From Prevotella sp. (GTDB lineage Bacteria > Bacteroidota > Bacteroidia > Bacteroidales > Bacteroidaceae): a DNA stretch of 64,000 nt. This document shows positions 7,957 through 17,575 of this stretch, piece after piece (the first letter of the stretch is position 1; the number at the start of each line of letters is the position of its first letter). Where the stretch lies: contig JAGCNO010000127.1 of assembly GCA_017645905.1 (NCBI GenBank), positions 3,756 through 67,755 on the forward strand. Reading direction: 5' to 3'. The notes beneath the pieces are model-generated. The model saw nothing but the letters and a program-made list of their open reading frames with translations, was not told the origin of the DNA and did not search any database. The position numbers were made by a program, and so were the translations under genes.

Positions 7957-10886
7957 ACTGTTAGTTTTTGGTTAAGGTATTTTCCTGTAATACTTTCTTT
8001 GCATTGCGCCACCTCTTCGGGCGTACCGGCAACGACAAGATTGCCGCCACGGTCGCCGCCCTCAGGACCAAGGTCGATGATGTGGTCGGCCATCTTGATG
8101 ACGTCGAGGTTGTGCTCTATTATTAATATGGTGTGGCCGCGCTCTATGAGGGCGTCCATCGACTTCAGCAATCGGGCGATGTCGTGGAAGTGCAGACCAG
8201 TGGTGGGCTCGTCGAAGATGAAGAGCGTGGGCTCCTGCCGCTCCTGACCAATGAAATAGGCGAGCTTTACGCGCTGGTTCTCACCGCCGGAGAGGCTTGA
8301 CGAGTTTTGGCCCAGCTTGATATAGCCGAGACCGACATCGTAAAGGGGACGGAGCCTTTTTACTATCGTCTCTTTCACTCCCCTTTCACTCCCTTTCACT
8401 TCCCCTTCACTCCCGAAAAACGACATTGCCTCCTCGATAGTCATGTTCAGCACGTCGTAGATGTTCTTCCCCTTGTACTTCACGTCAAGGATGTCGCTCT
8501 TGAAACGGTGGCCGTGACAGGCCTCGCACTCCAGCACAAGGTCAGCCATGAACTGCATCTCGACGGTGATGGTGCCAGCGCCCTTGCACTCGTCACAGCG
8601 TCCACCATCGGTGTTGAAAGAGAAATATTGTGCGGTAAAGCCCATCTGCTGTGCCAAAGGTTGCTCGGCAAAGAGGTCGCGAATGGCATCGTAGGCCTTG
8701 ACGTAAGTGGCGGGATTGGAGCGTGTGGACTTTCCGATGGGGTTCTGGTCGACAAACTCCACACGCTTGATAGCATCGATATCACCTCCCAGGCCACCAT
8801 ACTCTCCTGGAGCGTCGAACACCTCGCCGAGGTGACGCTTCAGGGCGGGATAGAGAATGCCCTTGATAAGGCTCGACTTGCCACTGCCTGAGACACCTGT
8901 GACAACGGTCATCACATTGAGTGGTATCTGCACGTCGATGCCCCTCAGGTTGTTCATCCTTGCCTGATGAATATCGACATGCAGGTTCCAGGGGCGTCGG
9001 GAAGCGGGAACAGGAAGGGACTCATGGCCGGTCAGATACTGTAAGGTATAAGACCTTCCCCCCAGCCCCTCCCTAGAGGGAGGGGAGTATATACTCTCCT
9101 CGTTGACATTTTCCACAGTAGATGTAACTACTCCCCTCCCTTTTGGGAGGGGCTGGGGGGTGGGTCTGCTAGGCCCCGCATAGACAATCTCTCCTCCTAA
9201 CCGTCCTGCGTCAGGGCCAACATCAATGAGGTAGTCGGCGGAACGGATGATTTCTTCATCGTGCTCCACCACCACCACAGTATTGCCCAAAGCCTGCAGT
9301 TGCTTGAGCACATGGATAAGGCGGTCGGTGTCACGGGAGTGTAGTCCTATGCTCGGCTCATCGAGGATATAAAGAGAGCCGACGAGGCTGGAACCCAACG
9401 ACGTGCAGAGATTGATGCGCTGGCTCTCACCACCACTAAGGGTGTTCGACAGGCGGTTGAGCGTGAGGTAGCCCAGTCCCACGTCGAGCATGAACTGCAA
9501 GCGAGAGGTAATCTCGGTAAGCAGACGACGGGCAATCTCCATCTCCTGAGAGGTGAGGGGTGAGAGGGGGGAAGTGAGTTGGTCGAACCACTCCTTGAGC
9601 CTCACAACGGGCATCTCCACAAGGTCGGTGATGCTGCGACCGGCAATCTTCACATAGTTGGCCTCGGGCTTCAGCCGAGTGCCGTGACATTTCGGGCACG
9701 TGGTCTTACCCCGATAACGGGCCAGCATCACCCGGTATTGTATCTTGTACTGGTTCTCTCGCACCATGTCGAAGAAGGCGTCGATGCAGGGTTTCTCCTT
9801 CGCCTTGCGGTCTGAAGGCAGTCCGTGCCATAGCCAGTCTTTCTGCTTCTGCGTCAGGTTGTAATATGGCTCGAAGATAGGGAAGTCATCGTTGGCGGCA
9901 TGTTGAATGAACCAGTCTTTCCACTCGCCGAGTTTTTCTCCGTGCCAGGGTTGCACACAACCGTCGTAAACGGATAGCGAAGTGTTGGGGATGACGAGAT
10001 GTTCGTCGATACCGATAATCTTGCCAAAGCCCTGACACTCAGGACAGGCTCCGGCAGGCGAGTTAAACGAGAAAAACTGGTCGGTGGGTTCCTCGAAGGT
10101 CATGCCGTCGGCTTCGAAGCGGGTGCTGAAGTCGTAGCTTATTCCTGACGGGAGGACCATCAGGCGCATCTCACCCCGTCCTTCGTAGAAAGCCGTCTCA
10201 CAAGAGTCTACCAGACGGTCGATGGTCTCCTTGTCTGTAGAAGCGGAGAGACGATCAATGACGAGGTAAAGCTCCTTACCCTTCCCTTCAGGGAGGGAAG
10301 AGGCTACATCTACTAAGTCATCTATTCTGACGATTTCGCCATTGTATAGAACGCGGCTATAGCCTTGTAAAAGGCTTGCTTTCAGCTGCTGGTTCACGGT
10401 ACGGCCCTCAGGAACAATGAGCGGGGCAAGCACCAGAAACTTCGTGCCCGCCGAGAACTGCTGCATGCAGCGCACTACGTCCTCCGTCGTATGTTTCTTC
10501 ACTTCCTCTCCGCTAATGGGAGAATAAGTGTGGCCAATGCGAGCGAAGAGCAGTCGCATGTACTCGTAAATCTCCGTCGAGGTGCCAACGGTGCTTCGTG
10601 GATTGCGGGCGATGACCTTCTGTTCGATGGCGATGGCAGGCGGTATGCCTCGAATGAAGTCGCACTCCGGCTTGTTCATACGACCCAGGAACTGTCGGGC
10701 ATAGCTCGACAGGCTTTCCACGTAGCGCCGCTGTCCTTCGGCATAGAGCGTATCGAAGGCCAGCGACGACTTGCCACTGCCACTCACACCGGCAATAACA
10801 ACAAACTTATCACGTGGAATACTCACATCCACGTTCTTCAGGTTGTTGACCCGCGCACCTTTTATTTCAATATACTCCTGACTCAT
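7953..10886 (-). CDS. uvrA: Excinuclease ABC subunit A
   Basis: Two GVSGSGKSS Walker A motifs, LSGGE signatures, CxxC zinc fingers. Confidence 0.97.
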   Translation of the reverse strand: MSQEYIEIKGARVNNLKNVDVSIPRDKFVVIAGVSGSGKSSLAFDTLYAEGQRRYVESLSSYARQFLGRMNKPECDFIRGIPPAIAIEQKVIARNPRSTVGTSTEIYEYMRLLFARIGHTYSPISGEEVKKHTTEDVVRCMQQFSAGTKFLVLAPLIVPEGRTVNQQLKASLLQGYSRVLYNGEIVRIDDLVDVASSLPEGKGKELYLVIDRLSASTDKETIDRLVDSCETAFYEGRGEMRLMVLPSGISYDFSTRFEADGMTFEEPTDQFFSFNSPAGACPECQGFGKIIGIDEHLVIPNTSLSVYDGCVQPWHGEKLGEWKDWFIQHAANDDFPIFEPYYNLTQKQKDWLWHGLPSDRKAKEKPCIDAFFDMVRENQYKIQYRVMLARYRGKTTCPKCHGTRLKPEANYVKIAGRSITDLVEMPVVRLKEWFDQLTSPLSPLTSQEMEIARRLLTEITSRLQFMLDVGLGYLTLNRLSNTLSGGESQRINLCTSLGSSLVGSLYILDEPSIGLHSRDTDRLIHVLKQLQALGNTVVVVEHDEEIIRSADYLIDVGPDAGRLGGEIVYAGPSRPTPQPLPKGRGVVTSTVENVNEESIYSPPSREGLGGRSYTLQYLTGHESLPVPASRRPWNLHVDIHQARMNNLRGIDVQIPLNVMTVVTGVSGSGKSSLIKGILYPALKRHLGEVFDAPGEYGGLGGDIDAIKRVEFVDQNPIGKSTRSNPATYVKAYDAIRDLFAEQPLAQQMGFTAQYFSFNTDGGRCDECKGAGTITVEMQFMADLVLECEACHGHRFKSDILDVKYKGKNIYDVLNMTIEEAMSFFGSEGEVKGSERGVKETIVKRLRPLYDVGLGYIKLGQNSSSLSGGENQRVKLAYFIGQERQEPTLFIFDEPTTGLHFHDIARLLKSMDALIERGHTILIIEHNLDVIKMADHIIDLGPEGGDRGGNLVVAGTPEEVAQCKESITGKYLNQKLTV
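9051..9167. repeat. 117-bp palindromic doublet (family A) in frame in uvrA
   Basis: 39-bp arm, 39-bp spacer, inverted 39-bp arm; each arm has a CCCCTCCC-N4-GGGAGGGG hairpin. Confidence 0.9.
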
Positions 10887-13447
10887 TTCGGGAATATGGT
10901 CGTACGGCGTTCGTTGATGAGTTTCACCTCACGCAAGATGTCTTCGTAGTGCAGACGGTCAAGGGTGGTCGTACCCTGAGACGATATTTGCTGCTGGCAA
11001 TAGTCCTCAAGTTTCTTCAGTTGAAGTGCCACGTAGAGCTGGGCATCGCTGTTGTAGCTACGCTGATTGATGGCCGATTTCAACTCATCCGCCGTTGGGT
11101 TAAGCAATGATTTCAGCTGCTGCATATACGTGCGCTGCAGATGACGACGGGCCATAGCCTTCCACTTACTTTGGCTGTCAATGGGTTTCCACACGGCGTT
11201 GAAGAGGTCGTCGAGATACTCCTCAAGCTGATAGACACCAGGACGGCAGTCGCGGGCGGCCATCTGTGCCAGGGGTGTGACGGCCATCAGGCGGGTAAGC
11301 ATGGCATCCTGACGCTGGTCGTTGTCCTGTGTGGCGTCGGTGCCAATCTTGCTGATGATTTCCTTAGGATAGAGCCATTCCGGGGCGTCGAGCACATACT
11401 GGTCGATGAAGGCCAAGGCCTCCTTCTCGCGCCATGCGGGGATGTCCTCAATGACGTTCTTTCCGGGCATATTATTATGGTAGCGTGAGCCGATGTTGCG
11501 GGCCACGTGATTCACGTAGCGCATATACTGCTCCTGTACGGCCTTGTACATCGTGGTGAGGTCTTCATACTGGTCATTGTCCTGGTGTGTCCACTGAGGC
11601 AGATCCTCCAAGACGCGCTTCAGGTTCTTGATACCATATTCAGATGCCTTCACGCTGTTGTCGCCAAGGTCCTCGGTCTGTGCACGGGCATCGTCGCTGC
11701 GACCTTCGCCGCCGAACCACAGGCGCGGGTTGCTGCGTAGCGTGGCGCTGGTCTCTGTCATCAGCTTCTCCTTTTCTTCATACTCGTCCTTGAACTCCGG
11801 CCGCCATTGGTAGCCCCATTTGATGGCCCAACGGTCGTAGTCGTTGATGCGGGGGAAGAGTCCCTTTTCGCCGATGTTATCCTCCGGCTGTGCCACGTAG
11901 TTGAAACGGGCGTAGTCCATGATGCTGGCCGTATGACCGTTCTTCTCCACCCAAGACTTGTCGCGCAGCTTCTCCACAGGCGTAGCAAACGATGCTCCCA
12001 TGTTGTGGCGCAGTCCTAAGGTGTGGCCTACCTCATGGCTGCTGACAAAGCGTATGAGCTGCCCCATGAGCTTGTCGTCGAACTTCATCTTGCGGGCCCG
12101 CTTGTCAAGGGCGCCACATTGCACCATGTACCACTTCGTGAGCAGGTTCATCACATTATGATACCAGCACACGTGAGCCTCGATAATCTCTCCCGAACGT
12201 GGGTCGACGATACGCGGGCCGTAGGCGTTCTCTGTCTCCGACGGCAGGTAGCGCAGGGCAGAGAAGCGGGCATCCTCCAGGCTTACGCTTCCATCGTCGG
12301 GCAGCACCTCGGCCTTGATGGCGTTCTTGAATCCGGCAGCCTCGAAGGCTATGTTCCAGTCGTTTACGCCCTGTATGAGGTAGGGGATCCATTTCTTCGG
12401 CGTGGCGGGGTCGATGTAGTAGATAATCTGCTTCTCCGGCTCGGTCAGCTCTCCTCGGAGATAACGTTTCTTGTCCTTTGGCACAAGACGGTAGCGCGAG
12501 ATGAACGACTCATGCTCCGTATGGCGCTGCTCGTCGCTAAAGCGCACGAAGTTGTTTACGAAATAGCCCACGCGCTCATCCCACAGCCGTCGGCGCATGG
12601 GCTCCTTAGGCAGCAGCACCACGCTCGTATTCATGCCCAGCGTGATGGCTCCCGTCTTGGAGGCCTCCGAGCGTCCGGCAGTGGCTCCGTAGGTACGGGT
12701 GGTGACCACCTCGATATTCGTGGGAAACACCTTGATGGTGTCGATATAAGTCCTGTCGGCCTGCAGACCGCCCAGCTTCAGCGACGTGCTGAGGCCGCTG
12801 GAGAGGTTCGTCAGCGGACTGCCGCCCTTGAAGAGAGGCGTCACCTCCACCAGACAGTCCTGGTTGTCGGGGTTACGGCCGATGACCTTGAAGGCCTGCA
12901 CGATGGGGTCGATGGTCGACTGCTCCAAGGTGCGCATGATGTTGTCGCCCTCGTCGGCAATTTGGCTCTGCACGTACTGGCGCATGAGAATCTGCGACGT
13001 GTCGCGCCGCTCCAGATAGAAGGCAAGATTGTTCACTTCCTCGCCGGCAAACTGTCCGAAGTTCTGTGGCACGGCCGTGAAGCGGCTCACGCAGAGCATC
13101 ATCCGGCCCAGCATTGAATCAGGCACCTCGAAGTAGTACTTATCCTCGATGTGGCGCGTCAGGAACAGGCCCTCCTGCGTCGAGCCGCCCTTCTTCATCA
13201 ACTTCTCATACTCCGTCTCCTCTTTCTTAGGAGCCTTCTTCTTAGCCTTCAGCGTGTCGGCAGCCAGCGAGTCCGTCAGCAACGTGTCCATCGGCAGCGT
13301 GTCGGTCTTCACCGTGTCATTTTTAACTGTGTCAGCTTTCTGTTTATCAGCCCTTTGCGTATAGGCCGCATTACCACCCATGACGGAGGTGGAAGTGACG
13401 GTCAGTGCCGTCAGAAATAAAAATAATATAGCGGTATGTCTCATCAT
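10883..13447 (-). CDS. Secreted zinc-dependent metalloprotease (DUF5117/DUF5118/DUF4953 type)
   Basis: HEVGHTLGLRHN zinc motif, SIMDY Met-turn, DPRSGEI. Confidence 0.88.
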   Translation of the reverse strand: MMRHTAILFLFLTALTVTSTSVMGGNAAYTQRADKQKADTVKNDTVKTDTLPMDTLLTDSLAADTLKAKKKAPKKEETEYEKLMKKGGSTQEGLFLTRHIEDKYYFEVPDSMLGRMMLCVSRFTAVPQNFGQFAGEEVNNLAFYLERRDTSQILMRQYVQSQIADEGDNIMRTLEQSTIDPIVQAFKVIGRNPDNQDCLVEVTPLFKGGSPLTNLSSGLSTSLKLGGLQADRTYIDTIKVFPTNIEVVTTRTYGATAGRSEASKTGAITLGMNTSVVLLPKEPMRRRLWDERVGYFVNNFVRFSDEQRHTEHESFISRYRLVPKDKKRYLRGELTEPEKQIIYYIDPATPKKWIPYLIQGVNDWNIAFEAAGFKNAIKAEVLPDDGSVSLEDARFSALRYLPSETENAYGPRIVDPRSGEIIEAHVCWYHNVMNLLTKWYMVQCGALDKRARKMKFDDKLMGQLIRFVSSHEVGHTLGLRHNMGASFATPVEKLRDKSWVEKNGHTASIMDYARFNYVAQPEDNIGEKGLFPRINDYDRWAIKWGYQWRPEFKDEYEEKEKLMTETSATLRSNPRLWFGGEGRSDDARAQTEDLGDNSVKASEYGIKNLKRVLEDLPQWTHQDNDQYEDLTTMYKAVQEQYMRYVNHVARNIGSRYHNNMPGKNVIEDIPAWREKEALAFIDQYVLDAPEWLYPKEIISKIGTDATQDNDQRQDAMLTRLMAVTPLAQMAARDCRPGVYQLEEYLDDLFNAVWKPIDSQSKWKAMARRHLQRTYMQQLKSLLNPTADELKSAINQRSYNSDAQLYVALQLKKLEDYCQQQISSQGTTTLDRLHYEDILREVKLINERRTTIFPK

Positions 13448-13487
13448 ACAAGAATAACGTTTCCCCTACCTCTTTTATTGTGCCGCC

Positions 13488-13532
13488 AAACAAAAGCCGC
13501 GCCGATGGTCATTGCTGACTGCCGGCGCGGCT
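13488..13532 (-). terminator. Intrinsic terminator after the small peptide gene
   Basis: AGCCGCGCCG/CGGCGCGGCT stem followed by a U-tract on the minus strand. Confidence 0.75.
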
Positions 13533-13550
13533 CTTATATACTGACTATTA

Positions 13551-13745
13551 TTAGTCCTCTTCTTCGAATTCGTCTTCGTCGTCCCAGACGCTATAGCCGC
13601 GACGAGAGAGGTTTCCACTGGTTGCATCGGTCGTACCAATGGGCTTGTTGGGGTCAAAACCATTCTCAACAGGGCTGGCAGCAATCATTTGCAGCGTATT
13701 GACGAGCACAAGCAGTGTCTCGGGGCTTTGATATGTCTTCTTCAT
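13551..13745 (-). CDS. 64-aa peptide with YxxP leader-like N-terminus and acidic WDDEDEFEEED tail
   Basis: ATG at 13745 preceded by AAAGGAGGAG, 19 nt after the upstream stop, followed by a terminator. Confidence 0.75.
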   Translation of the reverse strand: MKKTYQSPETLLVLVNTLQMIAASPVENGFDPNKPIGTTDATSGNLSRRGYSVWDDEDEFEEED

Positions 13746-13764
13746 TGTTATTCTCCTCCTTTGA

Positions 13765-16647
13765 TTATTTGATGATAACTTTCTTTCCGTTCTCAATATA
13801 GAGGCCCTTCGTGGGCTTTGCCACGCGGACACCCTGCAGGTTGTACACCTTGCCCTGAGCATTCTCAGCGACGGGGACCTCATTGATACCTGTGCTCTCG
13901 TTGTCGAAGCCGATGAATGTACGGGCTTCAGCCAAGTCGGCAGGCAGGTAGGCCGTGTTGGCACCAACGGTGAACTTTGCTGTAGTCTTATAGAAGCCTG
14001 TTCCCTGATTGTCATCTGTACCGGCCATGAGCACGAAGATACCTCCATTAACCTCAGTATCCACGGTCACGCCGACAAACTTGTTAGCCGAAACGTCGGT
14101 AGAGCTTTCTGCTACGGTGAAAGTCTTCTCTCCGGCAGTACCCTTCAGCAGCACACCAGTATTTGCGGGAACGCTGGTAACCTTGCTGAATGACACCTTC
14201 GAGCCAGAAAGGGTAGCAATGTAAGCAGTAACGCCGCTTCCCTCAAAGCTCACAGGAACATCAGCGCAGAAGGTAGCGTAACCAGCAGTGCCGATGGTTT
14301 TGGTGACGATGGTGGCAGGATAGGTTACTTTGATGGTCTTCAGATACTGGTTGTTCTCACCAATGACAATGTCGATGGTGGCATCGCTACCCTCGTAGGT
14401 GTAGGAAATAGACTTTGTACCATTTCCCTCATACTCGGTAGAGTTTGCGATGGTTGTGGAGGAGAAGACTGTGCTTGCATCGGCAATCGTGATAATCATA
14501 CCACTGACTGCGGGAATGGTGAACTTGGTGTTCTGGTTCACCTGAGTGTTTCCCTCGTTGGCACGTTTCGAGTTGTCAATCTTTCCACTCGTAGCATCGA
14601 TAATCATGGGTACAGCGATGATTTCTCCATTAACAGTCTGCGGCTTGGTGTAGTAGCCCACTGCACCAGTTCCTTGCCATGCGTTGAAAAGATACTGTTC
14701 ATATGCCAAGTTCCAAGTAATAGTTACATCTTCTGCTGTGGCGGCCAGCGTCTGCGTTGTAGCTTTCCAAGTCGGGACTAGTGTTATGTCGCTTGTCAGT
14801 GTCAGCTCATCACCAGTAGCATAGTTGTTCATTCCATCTGACCATCCACTAAGGATATAACCTTCACGGTATAAACAGAGATGTGCATAAGTTGGAATGG
14901 TATACTTGTCGTTAGCGTCTGCATATACCTCACCGTAATCAACATTGTTGAGCACCTTGCCCACAGTGTTGTCATAATCGTCGATATCATAGGTCACTTT
15001 GTAGAGGGCGGTAAAGGTGGCAACGGCAGTATGTTCTGCCATGACGCCCTCAAGCGTATAGGGATTCTCGGTAATGACTGTGCCATCGATAGTCCATTTC
15101 TCAAACTTGTAGCCAGTATTGGGAGTAGCCGTAAATGTAACGCTTTCGCCCTCAACAATTGTTGAGCCATTTTCAGGCGATACGGTACCCATAGCATCAT
15201 CATTGGCACTGACAGTCATGGTGTATGTTGTGCGTGCATCCTCTTCAATGGCAGTAACGCAGTTAAAGTCCTTCAGGGCCACGTAGCTTGAAGAGCCATT
15301 CTGATACCACACCATGCGTACTTGCACAGTACCAGTGAGATTTTGCAGAGCCTCAACATTGGAGACATCGAGTGTCTTGGTGGACTTGTTGCTTCCACCA
15401 GTCGTCACGTGGTCTGAGGAACTGGCCTCCCAGACTTTCGAACCAGCCGCATAGACAGCAAACTTATATTTGCCGCTACGGCTTGACTCATAGTACAAGT
15501 CGCCGTAAATCTTCGATAGATTGATTTTATAGCCGGAGGCCACTGTCATAGTAAATCCGTAGTAGCTGTCTTCGACGAAATTACTGGCTCCAGAGCAAAG
15601 AGTGTTGCGCTGACATGCAGCAGCAGCAGCGGTGACGTTATTTGTGCCATTGGTGACGGCACGTGTAGATGAAGAACCTCCGTGGGATGCGTTTGACATA
15701 GTAAGCGTCACGATACTTCCGTTATAGGTTGTTGAAGTTTCCAGACCTGTACTGGCAGTGAGATCAGCGTTTGTAATACCAAAAGTGTCGGTATTGGAGA
15801 TAGTGATGGTAGCAATGTTGGAATTTGTTGTACCACTAGCATCGGCCACTGCGCAAAAGTAATAAGTGGTGCCGAGAGTGGCAGTAGAAGGTGTGTACGC
15901 AGCAGCTGTTGCACCATCTATTGCAGTTGCGCCGTCAGTACTATTTGTGGTGTTGCTGTACCACTGGTAAGTCAGTGTACCACTCGAAGCCGTAGCAGCA
16001 ACGGTCAGAGCCTCTGCGGTGGAATTCTGCTTGTATTGGGCAGAAACAGGCTGGATGGTAATAACAGGAGCAGATGCTTCTTTCTCACGAGTGATAATGA
16101 CATCCTTGAAATCCGTTGTGTTACCCGTTGCCCTATACAAATATAATATGTTCTTGCCAACCAGATCATCGCTACTAGTAACAGTATACGTCACAGCAAG
16201 ATATTCCTTTCCAGTTGACGATACAGCTTTCAGAATACAATTTGGATTATTGGGATAACCATCTGAACCTGTTACATAAACGCCACGGCCATTACTTTCT
16301 CCTGTACCATTAGTGCTTGACGAAACAGAAATCACATCGCCTACTTCTAGTGCACTACTGAGTTCAATGATAGCATAGGTATTATTGTTAGTAAAGCTAA
16401 ATGCGTAGAAGTTGTTCTGCTTCCTTATAAGGTCCTTTGCAGAGGATTGCCCATTAACCATGCTCATCTGTCCCCCGCTGACGGATGCCATTTCGGACGT
16501 AATAATTGTAGTCTGTGAGGCCGGAAAAGAAATGTTTGCTGTCAAATTTTGAAGCGGTGTTGCCGAGAACACGGTCTCCGTGTCTGCCCACGCTCCGCCA
16601 CAAACGCACAGCATGAGCGTCAAAAGAGTAAAAAGTTTCTTTTTCAT
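13765..16647 (-). CDS. Large secreted/surface protein (Ig-like and InlB-B-type repeat domains, T9SS-like C-terminal tail)
   Basis: Signal peptide; LTYQWY Ig-like motif; ATPNTGYKFEKW repeat; C-terminal TGINEV...VYNLQGVRV...KGLYIENGKKVIIK. Confidence 0.8.
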   Translation of the reverse strand: MKKKLFTLLTLMLCVCGGAWADTETVFSATPLQNLTANISFPASQTTIITSEMASVSGGQMSMVNGQSSAKDLIRKQNNFYAFSFTNNNTYAIIELSSALEVGDVISVSSSTNGTGESNGRGVYVTGSDGYPNNPNCILKAVSSTGKEYLAVTYTVTSSDDLVGKNILYLYRATGNTTDFKDVIITREKEASAPVITIQPVSAQYKQNSTAEALTVAATASSGTLTYQWYSNTTNSTDGATAIDGATAAAYTPSTATLGTTYYFCAVADASGTTNSNIATITISNTDTFGITNADLTASTGLETSTTYNGSIVTLTMSNASHGGSSSTRAVTNGTNNVTAAAAACQRNTLCSGASNFVEDSYYGFTMTVASGYKINLSKIYGDLYYESSRSGKYKFAVYAAGSKVWEASSSDHVTTGGSNKSTKTLDVSNVEALQNLTGTVQVRMVWYQNGSSSYVALKDFNCVTAIEEDARTTYTMTVSANDDAMGTVSPENGSTIVEGESVTFTATPNTGYKFEKWTIDGTVITENPYTLEGVMAEHTAVATFTALYKVTYDIDDYDNTVGKVLNNVDYGEVYADANDKYTIPTYAHLCLYREGYILSGWSDGMNNYATGDELTLTSDITLVPTWKATTQTLAATAEDVTITWNLAYEQYLFNAWQGTGAVGYYTKPQTVNGEIIAVPMIIDATSGKIDNSKRANEGNTQVNQNTKFTIPAVSGMIITIADASTVFSSTTIANSTEYEGNGTKSISYTYEGSDATIDIVIGENNQYLKTIKVTYPATIVTKTIGTAGYATFCADVPVSFEGSGVTAYIATLSGSKVSFSKVTSVPANTGVLLKGTAGEKTFTVAESSTDVSANKFVGVTVDTEVNGGIFVLMAGTDDNQGTGFYKTTAKFTVGANTAYLPADLAEARTFIGFDNESTGINEVPVAENAQGKVYNLQGVRVAKPTKGLYIENGKKVIIK

Positions 16648-16734
16648 TTTGATTAATTTAAGTTAGTATTAGTGATATAAATTCATTTTAGGCCAATAGG
16701 GGAGCCAAGGACGGCTTCCTAAATAATGCGGCTG

Positions 16735-16742
16735 CAAAGGTA
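16735..16742 (-). promoter_or_regulatory. -7 promoter box (TACCTTTG)
   Basis: TAnnTTTG consensus upstream of 16647. Confidence 0.6.
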
Positions 16743-16898
16743 CACAATATTTATATAACGGCCGACCATAAGGGGCATAAAAATACAAAAAAGGGGGAAG
16801 AAAAGTCAATAATTGTGGGTGATTTGCCAAAAAACACTGCCAAGTGCTTCGTGCAGGCAAAGAAACCCGAGTCAGAAGGCCTATAGAGGTGCCTCAGA

Positions 16899-16981
16899 GA
16901 AAGAACGGCTTTTTCCCATAGAAAGAACGGCTTATTCGAATCGAAAGAACGGCTTATTCGAATCGAAAGAACGGCTTATTC
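16899..16981. repeat. 22-bp tandem array (GAAAGAACGGCTTATTC-N5) x4
   Basis: Same unit as 5009-5107, opposite orientation. Confidence 0.9.
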
Positions 16982-17017
16982 TCACGCAATGAATCGTGTT
17001 TACTGCTAACTATATCC

Positions 17018-17109
17018 TTTTCACACGAATCATCACAAATGCCCACGAATTATTCATAAATAATCATTCATGATAAATTCATGGTCATTCATGGTCATTC
17101 GTGTGAAAA
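17018..17109. repeat. Inverted pair of 10-mer tandem repeats
   Basis: TTTTCACACGAAT ... ATTCGTGTGAAAA ends with internal CATTCRTGGT units; related units at 24951-24990. Confidence 0.75.
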
Positions 17110-17172
17110 CAACAAAATCCATGAATAGTTCAGAATTGACAAGCAAGATTCCCTACAGGGGACGGAAAGGCA

Positions 17173-17523
17173 TCACTGCAGACCGTCGAGCTGACGCTTG
17201 AGGCTCTGGAGGTCTTCGCGCACGCTGATAAGGCGTGTGAGCACGTCGGCCTTCATGTCGGCACCGCTGCGGTTCTGATTGATGATTTTCTTCGCGGCGG
17301 CAATCTTGAAGCCACGCACCTTGACGAGGTTGTGGATGAGGCGTATCTGCTCGATGTCCTTCTCGGAATACTGTCGCACCTTGTTGGGGCCTTGGGTCTT
17401 GGGCTTCAGATAGGGGAACTCGGTCTCCCAGAAGCGGAGGGTGCTCTCGTTGAGGTCGAACATCTCGGCCACCTCACGGATGGAGTAATAGAGCTTCAGG
17501 TTCTTATTCAGGTTCAGGGCCAT
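17173..17523 (-). CDS. MerR-family HTH transcriptional regulator
   Basis: YSIREVAEMFDLNESTLRFWETEF...RQYS. Confidence 0.88.
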   Translation of the reverse strand: MALNLNKNLKLYYSIREVAEMFDLNESTLRFWETEFPYLKPKTQGPNKVRQYSEKDIEQIRLIHNLVKVRGFKIAAAKKIINQNRSGADMKADVLTRLISVREDLQSLKRQLDGLQ

Positions 17524-17526
17524 GAT

Positions 17527-17575
17527 GAGTTAGGAGTTAGGAGTTTGGAATTAGGAGTTAGGAGTTAGGAGTTTG
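17527..17575. repeat. TAGGAGT heptamer tandem at gene junction
   Basis: About 6 copies spanning the permease stop codon up to the MerR ATG; 2 copies also at 3789-3806. Confidence 0.85.

Noticed and set aside
13551-14048. 165-aa ORF as listed
   Set aside because: The first ~100 codons overlap the 960-aa gene out of frame. The SD-preceded ATG at 13745 is the credible start.
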